From Patescibacteria group bacterium (GTDB lineage: Bacteria > Patescibacteriota > Patescibacteriia > SG8-24 > DYFX01): a DNA stretch of 64,000 bases. The translations under genes and the position numbers were made by a program. Shown in pieces: positions 46,392-56,419 of this stretch (its first letter is position 1; the number at the start of each line of letters is the position of its first letter). The stretch covers positions 8,257 to 72,256 of the forward strand of contig JBBTWH010000009.1 in assembly GCA_038062835.1 (NCBI GenBank). Reading direction: 5' to 3'. The notes under the pieces are model-generated. The model was given only the letters and a program-made list of their open reading frames with translations. It searched no databases and was not told the DNA's origin.

Positions 46392-48901
46392 TTATGGCGC
46401 CAGTGTACCGCCGTCCTCCGAGACAGGCAAGGCCTTGGGAGCGTTCGGAAGCGCGATGTTGAAGGTCGTTCCCTTATTCTCCTTCGACGTGAACCAGACG
46501 CGGCCGCCGGAAAGCTCGATGATCGTCTTGACGAAGTAAAGCCCCAGGCCGGTACCGACCGTCTCCAGCGCGGCCACGTTCTCGCCGCGAAAGAACTTGG
46601 CGAAGACGCGGTACTGCTGGCCTTCCGGAATGCCTAAGCCGGTGTCCTTCACGCGGAAGACGGTCTCCCCGCCTTCGACGAAGACGTCGAGGGCGATCGA
46701 GCCGCCTTCAGGCGTATATTTCACGGCGTTGCCGATGATGTTCGAAAATGCCTGGCCAGCCAGATTGGGATCGGCATAGAACGTAGCGACGTCCTTCGCG
46801 ACCGCCTGCGTGAACGCCAGCTGCCGTTGGCGGATGAGCGGCGATAATTCCTTGACCGCCGCCTCGACGAAGGCGCGCGCGTCGACGTGCTCCGGGACGG
46901 GCTTGACCCGTCCGGCCTCGATCCTCGAGATGTCGAGCAGGCTGCCGACCAGCCTGACCATGCGCACGACGGACGTCGACAAGTCGCTCAGATACTCCTT
47001 CTGCGTCGGCTTGAGCGGGCCGGCGTCACCCTCCAGAAGCAAGTCAAGGAACCAGCGCATCGCGGACAACGGCGTGCGCAGCTGGTGCGACGCGATAGAG
47101 ATGAAATCCGATTTTTGGCGGTCGATCTCGCGCTCGACCGTCACGTCGCGGAACGCGGCGACGATGCCGGTCGTGCGGCTATCCTCGTCGAGATACGGCG
47201 CGACGGTGCCGGAGACCGGCACGAAGCTGCCGTCCGCGCGGGCGAGCCGCAGGCGCTCTCCCAGCGCGCCGGCGCGGCGCGGGCCGCGACGAAGGCGTCC
47301 GTCCGCATCACGACGTCATCCTCGCGGAACAGCCGTAGGACGCGTTCGATGGGCTGCCCGATGACGTCCCTCGCCTCCATGCCGATGATGCGCGCGGCGG
47401 TGGGGTTGCATCGGAAAATCTTCCCGTCCTTGCCGGAGGCCACCACGCCTTCCGCGAGGGCGTCGAAGCTGGCGGATTCGCGCCGCCGCTCGGATTCGAT
47501 CTGCCGCTTGGACTCCTCGACGTCCTCCAGGAGGTTCATCAACGCCGTACGCATATCGACCAGATCACGGTTCAGTCGACGCTGAGTCACGGCATCATCC
47601 TCGGCACGGGCCTTCGCGATCGCGGTGGCTTTCAAGGATTCGGACAGGTTTTCGTTGGTCTTTTTCAGCTGCGCGCTCTCGCGCGCTCGGTTGCGGCTGG
47701 AGATGAAGACGTAGGTCCCGGTGATCGCCATGGCCACGGTCAGGGTCGCGTGCTCATTCGTCCAGCCCAGTCGCGCGCGCAGGCCGGAAGGCACGAATAC
47801 CTCGAAGAGGAAAAAGGCGTAGTAGGCCGCCACGGGATAGAGCGTCCATATCGGCGACAAGACGAGCGATCCGGCGAAGATGGTCACGAACGTCAGGTAG
47901 GTGAACGGGCTCTCGATGCCTCCGGTGGCATGCATCAGCAGGCTGAGGCTGACGACCACGGACGACAGCGGCAGCAGGTAGGTGCGCAGGGTGGCTTTGG
48001 CGGCGGGAATCAGCTGGTAGCTGACGGTGGTCAAGGCTGCGATGACGAGGATCGACGGGAAGTATTCCGCCGTATCGATTCCTCCATACCTGCCGTACAC
48101 GGCAGAGACGGCTACCACTCCCCAGACGTTCATCTCGCCGAGCTGCTGGTGGCGGATAATCGCCAGCCGGCTCCCATCGAGGCCAGAGGCGTCTACCGCC
48201 CGCGTCTGGTTATCGGAGGCGTACCAGCTCAGGATCAAGACGCCGAAGAGCGCGCAGATGGACATGGCTCCTATCGTCGTCCCGTCAGCCGAGGCCGCCA
48301 GGGCGGCGGCGGAACCGGCCAAGATCGCGACGCAGACCCTGAACCGGCCGAAGACGGAACGCCATTCGCAGAATGCGATCAGGAGGCCGCTGAGGAACGA
48401 CAGCGTGAGAGGCACGGAAATAGACTGGCCGCCGGCCGGACCTGAGGCGGCGGAAGAAGGAATCGCGAGCGCGCCGATCCAGGCCGCGATAGGGACGAGC
48501 ATGTAAGCGGCGGCGACCGCAAGCGCGGCGAGGTTGATTTCTGCGGCCGGGACCTCGGCTGGGTCGCCCTTGGTCCGATGCGCGGCATAGACCAGCACGG
48601 CCGCGAGCACCGCAGCCGAGACGACGGCCCGATCGTGCCCTGACCGCAGCTCCGGCATGAAAAACGAGTACGCAAGCACGGCCGCGACCGCCGCCGCCGC
48701 GACCAACCGCACGGACTCCATGCGCCTGTAGCGGTGCGAAGCGAAGGCTAGGCAGCCTGCGGCGACGGCGGTTACCGCGAAGAGGGCGCCGATCGCGTCT
48801 CGCGACGAAGCGGCGTCAAGGCCCGAAGCCGCCGCCAGGGAGAACATCTGGAACCCGGCGAGCGTCGTCATCCAATCGGTACGAAAACGGAAGCGTTTCA
48901 T
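46392..48901 (-). pseudogene. membrane sensor histidine kinase (polytopic N-terminus, coiled coil, PAS, HisKA, HATPase) interrupted by an apparent -1 frameshift near 47255-47285
   Basis: ORF 47141..49066 (start MKRFRFRTDWM at 48901, about 10 TM helices, coiled coil, then the start of a PAS domain) continues in another frame as ORF 46392..47222 (..RADGSFVPVSGTVAPYLDEDSRTTGIVAAFRDVT..HQLRTPL..HATPase). The switch occurs in GC-rich gccgcgccggcgcg. Confidence 0.7.
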
Positions 48902-50067
48902 GGTCCTTGTCGCTTCGACAGCAGTTCCTTCAGCTCTTTCATCCTGACTTCGCGCCCGACCATCAGCCTGGCCATGCGTTCGACGGCATCGCGCTCCGTG
49001 AGCGTCTTCCGGAACAGGAGCGCGGCGTTCAAGAGCGTCGCCATGAAGCCCGTCAGCAGCTCGCAATAATTGACGTCCTCTTCGTCATACTGGCCCTTGC
49101 GGCGATTCACGAGGCAGAGCACGCCGATCGAGGCGTCTCGCACATGCAGCGGCATGACGAGCATGTCGCGGATGCGCGCGTTGCCGACGAAGCGTTCGAT
49201 GCCGCCGGCCTTTCCGTCGAAGACGCGCGGAATCCCCGTCTCGATGATGCCGCGGAGGATACTCATGTTTTCCTCGACGGACATCAGGTCGCGTGCGTAG
49301 AAATCGGCGTCGGCGCCCTCGCCGACGCGCCTGAGCTCCTTGCTGTCGCCTTCAAGCACGAAGACGGCGTGGCGCTCGGCGTCGATGGCGTCCGATACGA
49401 TGCCTCCCGCGCGCGAGGCCAGCCGGTCGAGTTCCGAAGTGAATTCGCTCAGCCGCACCAGCATATTTATGACCTGGAGCTGATCGAGGCGATCCGAGAG
49501 ATCGCGCGAAAGCCGGTCGGTCTTCTCGAAGGCCTGACGCAGTCCGCGCGTCACTGACACGAGGCAGGCCGAAGCGGCCGCGAATATCAGGAGCTGCAGG
49601 GTGAACTCCCACGACATGAACGGGCCGCGGACCCAAGCCGCCGCGTGAAGGAACAGCATGGCCAGCAACGAAAAGGCCGATTCGGCCAGCACGACGTTCT
49701 CGTGCAGCACCAGGGCGGAAGCGAAAAGAGGTATGAAGTACAGATAGCCGAGAGTCCCGGCCATTTCGGGCAGGACGTAAATGAAACCCGTCAACAAGAC
49801 GACCATCGCCAAGCTGACGACGAGCGCCTTATCCTCCTTGACGAATCGGATCGGCCCTTCGGAGGATTCCGGCATCAGGCGTTGGAAGACGACGTTGGCG
49901 ACGGCAAGCAGCGCGACGGAGAGGATAAGTCTGGCCTGCCGCCCCGGTACGCCGGCTTGGGGAAGAAAGACGATGAGCGACCCGAGCAGCAGCGTCAGAA
50001 ACCAGCCTGCGGCCTCGAAGCCGTAACCGGAACGGACGATCTTCTTCGTGCGCGAGGACGCGGTCAT
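48898..50067 (-). CDS. membrane-bound GAF-domain sensor protein (no output domain)
   Basis: About six TM helices followed by GAF (DASIGVLCLVNRRKGQYDEEDVNYCELLTGFMATLL). ATGA overlaps on both sides. Confidence 0.65.
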   Translation of the reverse strand: MTASSRTKKIVRSGYGFEAAGWFLTLLLGSLIVFLPQAGVPGRQARLILSVALLAVANVVFQRLMPESSEGPIRFVKEDKALVVSLAMVVLLTGFIYVLPEMAGTLGYLYFIPLFASALVLHENVVLAESAFSLLAMLFLHAAAWVRGPFMSWEFTLQLLIFAAASACLVSVTRGLRQAFEKTDRLSRDLSDRLDQLQVINMLVRLSEFTSELDRLASRAGGIVSDAIDAERHAVFVLEGDSKELRRVGEGADADFYARDLMSVEENMSILRGIIETGIPRVFDGKAGGIERFVGNARIRDMLVMPLHVRDASIGVLCLVNRRKGQYDEEDVNYCELLTGFMATLLNAALLFRKTLTERDAVERMARLMVGREVRMKELKELLSKRQGP

Positions 50068-51203
50068 ACGGCGGTGCGTCGCGGCAACGTGACGGTGAAG
50101 ACCGACCCGGAGCCTTCTCCGGTCCGGCACTCGATGCGGCCGTCGTGGGCGTCGACGATGAATTTCGCGATATAGAGCCCGAGGCCGGAGGCGTTCGGAT
50201 TGACGTCGATGGCTTTTTTGGAACGGTAGAAGCGTTCGAAAAGGCGCGTGCGCTCCTTTTCAGGCATGCCGATGCCGGAGTCCCGTACCGCGATCGAGAC
50301 CTCGTCCTTGCCGGACAGGATATCGACCGAAATCCTTCCGCCGTCCGGCGTGTATTTGATGGCGTTGTCGATCAATCGGCTGAATACCGTCTCCATCTTG
50401 CCGGCGTCCACGAAGAGCGGCGCCGGATGCGGCGACGGTTCCGCGTACCCGAGCGCCTGCGAGCGCATGGCGGCGCTGCGCGTGAAATCGCGCACGACCT
50501 TGCCGACGACCTCGGCGATATCGACGGCGCTCTTGTCGAGCCGCAGCGTGCGCTGCTCGATGTCGACGGCCAGGAGCATGTCGTCGACGATCGAGATGCC
50601 GCTCGTCACGCTCTGATAGATCGATCGGAGCGACTCGGAGGCGTCCGGCGGCAGGGCGGGACCGTCGGACAGCAGCAGTTCCAGGTTCCAGCGGATGGCG
50701 TTAAGCGGCGTGCGCAGCTGATGCGAAGCCACGGTCAGGAACTTCGACTTGATCTCGTCGGCGCTGCGCAGGCCTCCGTATTGGATCTTGAGCTCGGTAA
50801 TCTCGCGCTCGTGCGTGACGTCGCGCATCAGCCAGAGGCGGCCGGCATGGACTCCCGCCTTGCGCACGGGCGCGCTCACGACCTCGACGAAGCGATGCGT
50901 CGGCGAGATGATCTCGACGTCGCGGAGGAATTCGCTCTCACGGTCCTCCGAAGGATGCGCGATGACCTCATAATAGCTCATGAACTCGGCGAAGGCGCGG
51001 CCCCACGTCTCGGAGAGCGATCCGACGTCCTTGCCGAGAAGCGCCGCCGGCTCAAGTCCGAAAAACGCGCCGATGGCCTTGTTGGCCGCCAGCACGCGCC
51101 CATCCGGTCCCGTGACCAGGATCGCGTACGGCGAGGCGTCGAGGATCGGCTCGATGACGCTATCGGTGCAGACGCTCGGTTCGACGCGGCTCGTGAAAAG
51201 CAT
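50064..51203 (-). CDS. cytoplasmic PAS-domain sensor histidine kinase
   Basis: PAS (ILDASPYAILVTGPDGRVLAAN), HisKA H-box SHQLRTPLNAI, and HATPase N/G boxes (DNAIKYT, DSGIGMP, GLGLYIAKFIV). Confidence 0.85.
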   Translation of the reverse strand: MLFTSRVEPSVCTDSVIEPILDASPYAILVTGPDGRVLAANKAIGAFFGLEPAALLGKDVGSLSETWGRAFAEFMSYYEVIAHPSEDRESEFLRDVEIISPTHRFVEVVSAPVRKAGVHAGRLWLMRDVTHEREITELKIQYGGLRSADEIKSKFLTVASHQLRTPLNAIRWNLELLLSDGPALPPDASESLRSIYQSVTSGISIVDDMLLAVDIEQRTLRLDKSAVDIAEVVGKVVRDFTRSAAMRSQALGYAEPSPHPAPLFVDAGKMETVFSRLIDNAIKYTPDGGRISVDILSGKDEVSIAVRDSGIGMPEKERTRLFERFYRSKKAIDVNPNASGLGLYIAKFIVDAHDGRIECRTGEGSGSVFTVTLPRRTAV

Positions 51204-51218
51204 ACTGCGTTCAGTGTA

Positions 51219-52202
51219 TCACGAAAGCAGGCCGCGGGCGGCCTTCCACAGTTCATCGCGCCCGTTCGTCTTCAGCCAATACCACCACTCGACGCCCCAG
51301 AGATATATCTCGGAGGCTCCGGTCGAGGCGGCGAACTCGACGTTGCCGCGCAGGCGCTCCGGATCCATCTGCGAGAACTGCTCGTCGATGGGCGTCTCCG
51401 CCACCGGAGCGCGGAACCACGGCTCGGCCTGGAGTTCGCTGACGATCACGCGCTTGACGACCGGTCCGATGATGTTGATGCGGTCGGTATAATAGAGCGG
51501 CGAGACCGGCCAGTAGAGCTCCCCGAGGTACTTGTTCCAGACCAGGCGATACATGCTGATGCCCAGCACGTCGCCGAGCGTCGCGGTGCGGATCCAGGTC
51601 GAGAGCTCGCCGGAGTCAGTCACCATGACAGGCCGCGCGTCGAGGCCGCGCACGAGCATGATCTCTTCCTTCAGGAAATCGCGGTCGGGCGGCGGGCACT
51701 TGCCGAAATGGAACAGAGGCTCGTTCTCGACCTGCCAGACGCGCACGGCGGAATAGGACTTGAAATGCAGGATCTCGGCTTCCAGGAAATTCAGCACGCG
51801 CTCGCGCTGCCGCGCCTCGTCGAGCTTCGCGGCCCAGCCGGGGACGTGGCACTCGGGCCAGCGCGGCGTCTTGCGGCCGACGGCCAGGATGACCTCCGCG
51901 CCGCGTTCTCCCGCCTCGTCGAGCATCCACTCGACTTCCCCCCACTCATAGCGCCCGCGCTCAGGTTCCGCCTCGTCCCAGTACACCGGGATGCGAAGAT
52001 GGCGGACGCCGAGGTCGTCGAGCGTCGCGAGGTACGCCTCCTTCCAATCGAGGCCGAGTTCCTTCGCGTATTTCGTCGAAAACGTCACGCCGAGGCTGGG
52101 CGGCGCGGCGCGGCGCGGGACGGAGGCGAGGTACCACGAAACCAGGCTCGCCAGCGCCACGAGGCCGATCGCGATCGTGATGACGACGCGGCGACGGCGC
52201 AT
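51219..52202 (-). CDS. membrane-anchored TIM-barrel glycoside hydrolase-like protein (GH5/GH42-like clan GH-A)
   Basis: N-terminal TM helix. VRHLRIPVYWDEAEP..G.YEW....W. Catalytic-looking WQVENEP. The family assignment is tentative. Confidence 0.6.
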   Translation of the reverse strand: MRRRRVVITIAIGLVALASLVSWYLASVPRRAAPPSLGVTFSTKYAKELGLDWKEAYLATLDDLGVRHLRIPVYWDEAEPERGRYEWGEVEWMLDEAGERGAEVILAVGRKTPRWPECHVPGWAAKLDEARQRERVLNFLEAEILHFKSYSAVRVWQVENEPLFHFGKCPPPDRDFLKEEIMLVRGLDARPVMVTDSGELSTWIRTATLGDVLGISMYRLVWNKYLGELYWPVSPLYYTDRINIIGPVVKRVIVSELQAEPWFRAPVAETPIDEQFSQMDPERLRGNVEFAASTGASEIYLWGVEWWYWLKTNGRDELWKAARGLLS

Positions 52203-52203
52203 G

Positions 52204-53544
52204 TCAGACGATCATCGGGAGTTTCTCGAGCTTGACCGTCAGGCCCGTGATGATCTCCTCGATGCGATAGGCGCCGTGCGTCGGCGCTTCGATGAAGCCG
52301 TTCCAGGCCATGCGCGCGAGGCCGCCGGACTCGACCCAGTCGAACAGCCATTCGTCGGTATACCGGGGATCGAGCTGCGGGGTCCCGCCCCCGAGCGTGC
52401 GCAGCCAGTGCTCGTTGAACTTCTCCTGTGAACCGATCGGCGGCGCGGCGATGATGGGCAGGCCGACGCCGGTATAGAAGGACAGCTCGCTGGGCTTGGT
52501 CCAGAGGATGTCGGAACGGCGGATGAGCTGGTCGAATTTCTTGAAGTAGGTCGGGCGGTCGGCGTAATACTGGATGCGCAGTCCTTCGCCGAGCTCCGAG
52601 CCGAGTCCGAGGTCTATGACGCGCTTCTTGTAATACGACGCCACGTCCTTATTGGTGCCGGCCACCAGGTTCAGGATGACGTTGCCGCGGCGGATCTTCT
52701 CGCGCAGGCTCTCCGCGATCGTCAGGCCGAGATCGCGCTGGGCGCCGGCGCCGCCGACCGCGAAGGTCAGCGTGAGCGGATGCGTGGGCTCGCGCTTGCA
52801 GTTCGAGACTCCGATGGCTTCCTTCAACGTGTCCTCGTACTTGGAATAGAAGATGCCGTTCGGATCGAGGTGACAGATGCGCTCTCCCAGGTCTTCCTTG
52901 ATGGTCTCGGCCGTCGGGCCGCCGATCAGGTCCTTCGAGAGCGGGAAGCCTGTCAGGTAGATGTTCTCCGGGCGCACGCCATAAAGCTTGAGGCGCTCGA
53001 CGACGCGGCCGTTGGAGGCGAAGTATTTGATGCGGCTGCGCTTGGGATCCTTGGCGACCCAAGCGCGGCTGACGTCGGCGTCGGTCGTGACGAGATAGAT
53101 GTCCTCGGGGTAATCGAAGTATTCCGCGGCGAAGGCCGGCAGGAAGAACGTGCAGACCAGCGGCAGCTTCCGCTTGTTGCGCAGCGTCTCGACGAGGTCG
53201 CGGCCGAGGCCCTTCCGTTCGATCAGATAGTAGAGCTGGAGCAGCTGCAGGCTCGGCGCGGAAAGGTCGCGGCGCGGATAGAAAGACTTGATTTCCTGGA
53301 ATCCGTCGAAGACGTTCCAGGCCAGCTCCCCGAGGATCGGAAACGACTTGAAACGCGAGAACGCCTCATAGAGCGTGCGGCTCTGCCGCCAGAGTTTCTT
53401 GTCGGCGTCGGGAATGCCGGGATAGTTGTTCGCGACGATGACGTCGGCGTACGCCAGATCAGTGAGCGCGTGCGAGGCGCGCTCGTGGCCATAGCCCATG
53501 TCGACGGTCACGACCCAGGCTTTGCGGAAATGCTGTTCAGTCAT
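52204..53544 (-). CDS. GT-B glycosyltransferase, MGDG-synthase/UgtP-like
   Basis: N-terminal VTVDMGYGHERASHAL (the GxGHxxxAxAL motif of MGDG synthase / GT28-like enzymes) and a C-terminal GT-B lobe. Confidence 0.6.
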   Translation of the reverse strand: MTEQHFRKAWVVTVDMGYGHERASHALTDLAYADVIVANNYPGIPDADKKLWRQSRTLYEAFSRFKSFPILGELAWNVFDGFQEIKSFYPRRDLSAPSLQLLQLYYLIERKGLGRDLVETLRNKRKLPLVCTFFLPAFAAEYFDYPEDIYLVTTDADVSRAWVAKDPKRSRIKYFASNGRVVERLKLYGVRPENIYLTGFPLSKDLIGGPTAETIKEDLGERICHLDPNGIFYSKYEDTLKEAIGVSNCKREPTHPLTLTFAVGGAGAQRDLGLTIAESLREKIRRGNVILNLVAGTNKDVASYYKKRVIDLGLGSELGEGLRIQYYADRPTYFKKFDQLIRRSDILWTKPSELSFYTGVGLPIIAAPPIGSQEKFNEHWLRTLGGGTPQLDPRYTDEWLFDWVESGGLARMAWNGFIEAPTHGAYRIEEIITGLTVKLEKLPMIV

Positions 53545-53554
53545 GGCGGATGGA

Positions 53555-53854
53555 TCATCTGTGATGCAGCGCGACGAGCGTCGCGCCTCCCTTCGAAGCG
53601 TCGCGGAAGCCCGCGACCAGCCTGTGTCCTTCCAGCCAGCGATGTAGGGAGTCGCGGAGCTTGCCTTCTCCTTTGCCGTGCACCACGCGAACGGAGCGCT
53701 CCCCGCTCACGAACGCGCGCTGGATGAGCGCCTCGGCCGCCGCGCTGGCGGCGTCCCAGCGCAGTCCGTGCAGGTCCGCCTCAGGCACGTCGCCGCCCGC
53801 TTCGGCCAGGAACAGCAGGTTTTCGAGCTCGTCGAGGTCTTGGGTCTGCGGCAT
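53555..53854 (-). CDS. Smr domain protein
   Basis: DLHGLRWDAASAAAE...VRVVHGKGEGKLRDSLHRWL matches the Smr (small MutS-related) signature. ATG MPQTQDLDEL at 53854; the track ORF extends to 53947. Confidence 0.7.
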   Translation of the reverse strand: MPQTQDLDELENLLFLAEAGGDVPEADLHGLRWDAASAAAEALIQRAFVSGERSVRVVHGKGEGKLRDSLHRWLEGHRLVAGFRDASKGGATLVALHHR

Positions 53855-55034
53855 TTTTTTTCGCTTTCGGAGTTTCAGAAACCGGCAGCGTGAAGTGAAA
53901 GACGGTGCCTCGGCCCTCGACCGACGAGAAGCCGACGGTGCCGCCATGCGCCTCGACGAAGGTCTTCGTGACGAACAGCCCGACGCCGGAAGCGTTCGGC
54001 TGCATCAGGTTGGCGTTGGAGGCGCGGAAGAACTTCTGGAATATCTCGCGCTGCTCGTCCGGCGGGATTCCGACGCCTGAATCCTGAACTTCGAAGCGCG
54101 CGTAGTCGCCGTCGCGCATAGCGCGCAACTCGACGCGTCCGCCCTCATGCGTATAGCTCATGGCGTTGTGCAGGAACTTGCTGAAGACGTAGTGCAGCTT
54201 GAGCTTGTCGGCATAGACCATCGGCATGTCCCTGACGACGGACGCGCGGAACGAGAGCTTCTTGAGCTTGGCCTGGCTCTTGAATTCGAGCGCGAGCGCG
54301 GCGATGAACGCGTCGACGTCGACCGGCTCCGGATTGAGGTGCAGGAGCCCGCGTTCGACCTCCAGCGCTTCGACCCAGTCGGAAATCATCACCAGGATGT
54401 TCTGATAGTTCTTGTCGGTGATACGCAGGACCTCTTCCTGCCGCCTGGTGAGCTCTCCGACCTCGCCGCGCAAGAGGCTCTCGATGTTCCAGCGCACGGC
54501 TGTCAGCGGCGTGCGCAGCTGGTGCGAGATGATCTCCAGGAAGCGCGTCTTCACCTCCTCGATCTCGGAAAGCGGCGCGGCCGAGGCCGCGGACTTGGCG
54601 CGCTCGGATTTCGCCAGCGCAAGGACGGCTTTCGCGATGACGTCATCGACGTCGCCGTCGTGGATATGGGGCGAGCGGCTCCAATCACCGGCCGCGTAGT
54701 CCCTGAGGGAGGCGACGATCTCGGCGACGTTGCGTTCGCGGCGCCGCTCGGTGGCATGGAGGACGACGAGCGCGACGCACAGGAAGAAGGCGACGATGGC
54801 CGAAAGCAGCCAGGTGGCGTTCTGCAGGAAGAACAGGTCGTTCAGGTGGCGGACGTCGGAGGCCGCGCCGGTCGCCGCGTCGAACAGCACGAAACCGTAG
54901 CCAGCGAACAGCGCCCATGCGCCGCCCGAGACCAACAAAGCCGCGATGCCTATCAGCATCAAGACGAATCCGGCGCGTTGTCTTCCCGGAATGAGCATAT
55001 CTCCTCCTGAATGCGTACGCCTGAAGTATATCAC
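53781..55034 (-). CDS. membrane sensor histidine kinase
   Basis: Two TM helices, HAMP-like linker, H-box SHQLRTPLTAV, and HATPase (HNAMSYT, DSGVGIP, GVGLFV). The Arg-rich 3' tail overlaps the Smr start by about 74 nt. Confidence 0.85.
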   Translation of the reverse strand: MIYFRRTHSGGDMLIPGRQRAGFVLMLIGIAALLVSGGAWALFAGYGFVLFDAATGAASDVRHLNDLFFLQNATWLLSAIVAFFLCVALVVLHATERRRERNVAEIVASLRDYAAGDWSRSPHIHDGDVDDVIAKAVLALAKSERAKSAASAAPLSEIEEVKTRFLEIISHQLRTPLTAVRWNIESLLRGEVGELTRRQEEVLRITDKNYQNILVMISDWVEALEVERGLLHLNPEPVDVDAFIAALALEFKSQAKLKKLSFRASVVRDMPMVYADKLKLHYVFSKFLHNAMSYTHEGGRVELRAMRDGDYARFEVQDSGVGIPPDEQREIFQKFFRASNANLMQPNASGVGLFVTKTFVEAHGGTVGFSSVEGRGTVFHFTLPVSETPKAKKNAADPRPRRARKPAVPGRSGRRRA

Positions 55035-55068
55035 AAAAAGAAAAACCGGCCGGAGCGCTAGGCATGCG

Positions 55069-56112
55069 CTACGGCCGGACGAAGATCTCGTCGACGCTCA
55101 CGCCTGTGAGCGTAGGGATCGAGGAGGCTGGGATGCCGAGGAGGCGAAGGATCGTGGGCGCGGTGTCGGCGAGCCGGATCGAGGCTCGGATCTCGTGGCC
55201 AGGCTTGATGCCGGGACCGACGGCGACCCAGGGGACCAGGCGGTCGTCAGGCGTGTCATAGCCATGTCCCTTGCCGGGCGTGCCGCCGTGGTCGGATGTG
55301 ACGATTAGCGTCGTAGGGACGCCGCCCGCCGCTTCCGCATCCGACATGCATTTCCGGATGGTCTCGAGGTGTCGGCCGATTTTCTCGGCTTCGACATACT
55401 GCTCCTCGGAGAGCCAGCCATGGCGATGCCCCGCGTCGTCGGTCATCTTGAAGTGCAGGATGACGAGGCGCGCGGCGTCGTCCCTCACGGCATCACAGGC
55501 CGTCTGAATGAGGATTTTGTCGCCGCGGACGCGTACGCCGGTCTCGTCGCCGTCGGGACGGAGCATGCCGACGAGCTTGCCCTTCTGGACGGCGGCGACG
55601 GCCTTGTAACCAGCGCTTTCGACAGCCGTGAAAAGCGTGTGGGAGACCTTGAGCGGCTTCCAGCGGAACTTGACTCCGTGGACATGCGGGTCGTCGCCGG
55701 TCCTCTCCGACTTGGTCGGCTCACCCGTGACGCCGTTCACCTTCGGCTCGGCTCCAGTGTAGAGCTCCGCGTGGGAGATAGACGTCGTGGCGCCTTTCGG
55801 AACTTCGGCGACGAAAGTCCAGGCGCCTTCCGAAGCCATCTCCTTCCAGACCGGCATGCGGTCGGCCAGGCGGACGTGCCATCCGTCGACGGTGACGAGG
55901 ATGACGCGCGCGGGACCGGCGGCCTTCGATACCGACGTCCCGGCGGCCACGGGCGGCTTGGGGACGACGAGACCTTTCTTGGCTTGGGGTTTGACGACAG
56001 CGGGAGGCGCGGACTTCGCAGGATGACGCTCGATCTGCCCGAACGCCACGCAGGCCGCGAGGCCGATGAAGGCTAGCAGATACGGGACAGGACTGGTGCG
56101 ATTGAGTTGCAC
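55069..56112 (-). CDS. alkaline-phosphatase-superfamily phosphodiesterase / nucleotide pyrophosphatase-like secreted enzyme
   Basis: Signal/TM peptide. VILVTVDGW. DDAGHRHG. LIVTSDHGG. GTG start with RBS aaggagc. Confidence 0.75.
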   Translation of the reverse strand: MQLNRTSPVPYLLAFIGLAACVAFGQIERHPAKSAPPAVVKPQAKKGLVVPKPPVAAGTSVSKAAGPARVILVTVDGWHVRLADRMPVWKEMASEGAWTFVAEVPKGATTSISHAELYTGAEPKVNGVTGEPTKSERTGDDPHVHGVKFRWKPLKVSHTLFTAVESAGYKAVAAVQKGKLVGMLRPDGDETGVRVRGDKILIQTACDAVRDDAARLVILHFKMTDDAGHRHGWLSEEQYVEAEKIGRHLETIRKCMSDAEAAGGVPTTLIVTSDHGGTPGKGHGYDTPDDRLVPWVAVGPGIKPGHEIRASIRLADTAPTILRLLGIPASSIPTLTGVSVDEIFVRP

Positions 56113-56156
56113 GATAGGCTCCTTGGTCGGGGGTTGAGATCAAAAGGCCACGTCGC

Positions 56157-56185
56157 AGGATACCGAAAAAACGCGGTTTTGTCAA
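56157..56185 (-). promoter_or_regulatory. sigma70-like promoter of the phosphatase gene (-35 TTGACA, 17 nt, -10 TATCCT)
   Basis: Read on the minus strand: cATTGACAaaaccgcgttttttcggTATCCTgcgacg. Confidence 0.55.
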
Positions 56186-56419
56186 TGCTGGCGCCCGTTT
56201 TTATCATTCCAGCATTCGCTGGAGTCCAGTACATCCGCAAAGCCAAGAGATATTTTCAACCTCACGCTGTAATCTCCAGGTATTCCCATGTTTCAGGAGT
56301 CCCAGATATGCCTGGAGAGTTTCGGACATCGAGTGTTCGTTAAAACCCGCGTGAGACGACGTCTCACGCGGGGAAGGGTCCAAGGACACTCGAGAGCTAA
56401 GTGTCCAAGGGATCAAGGG

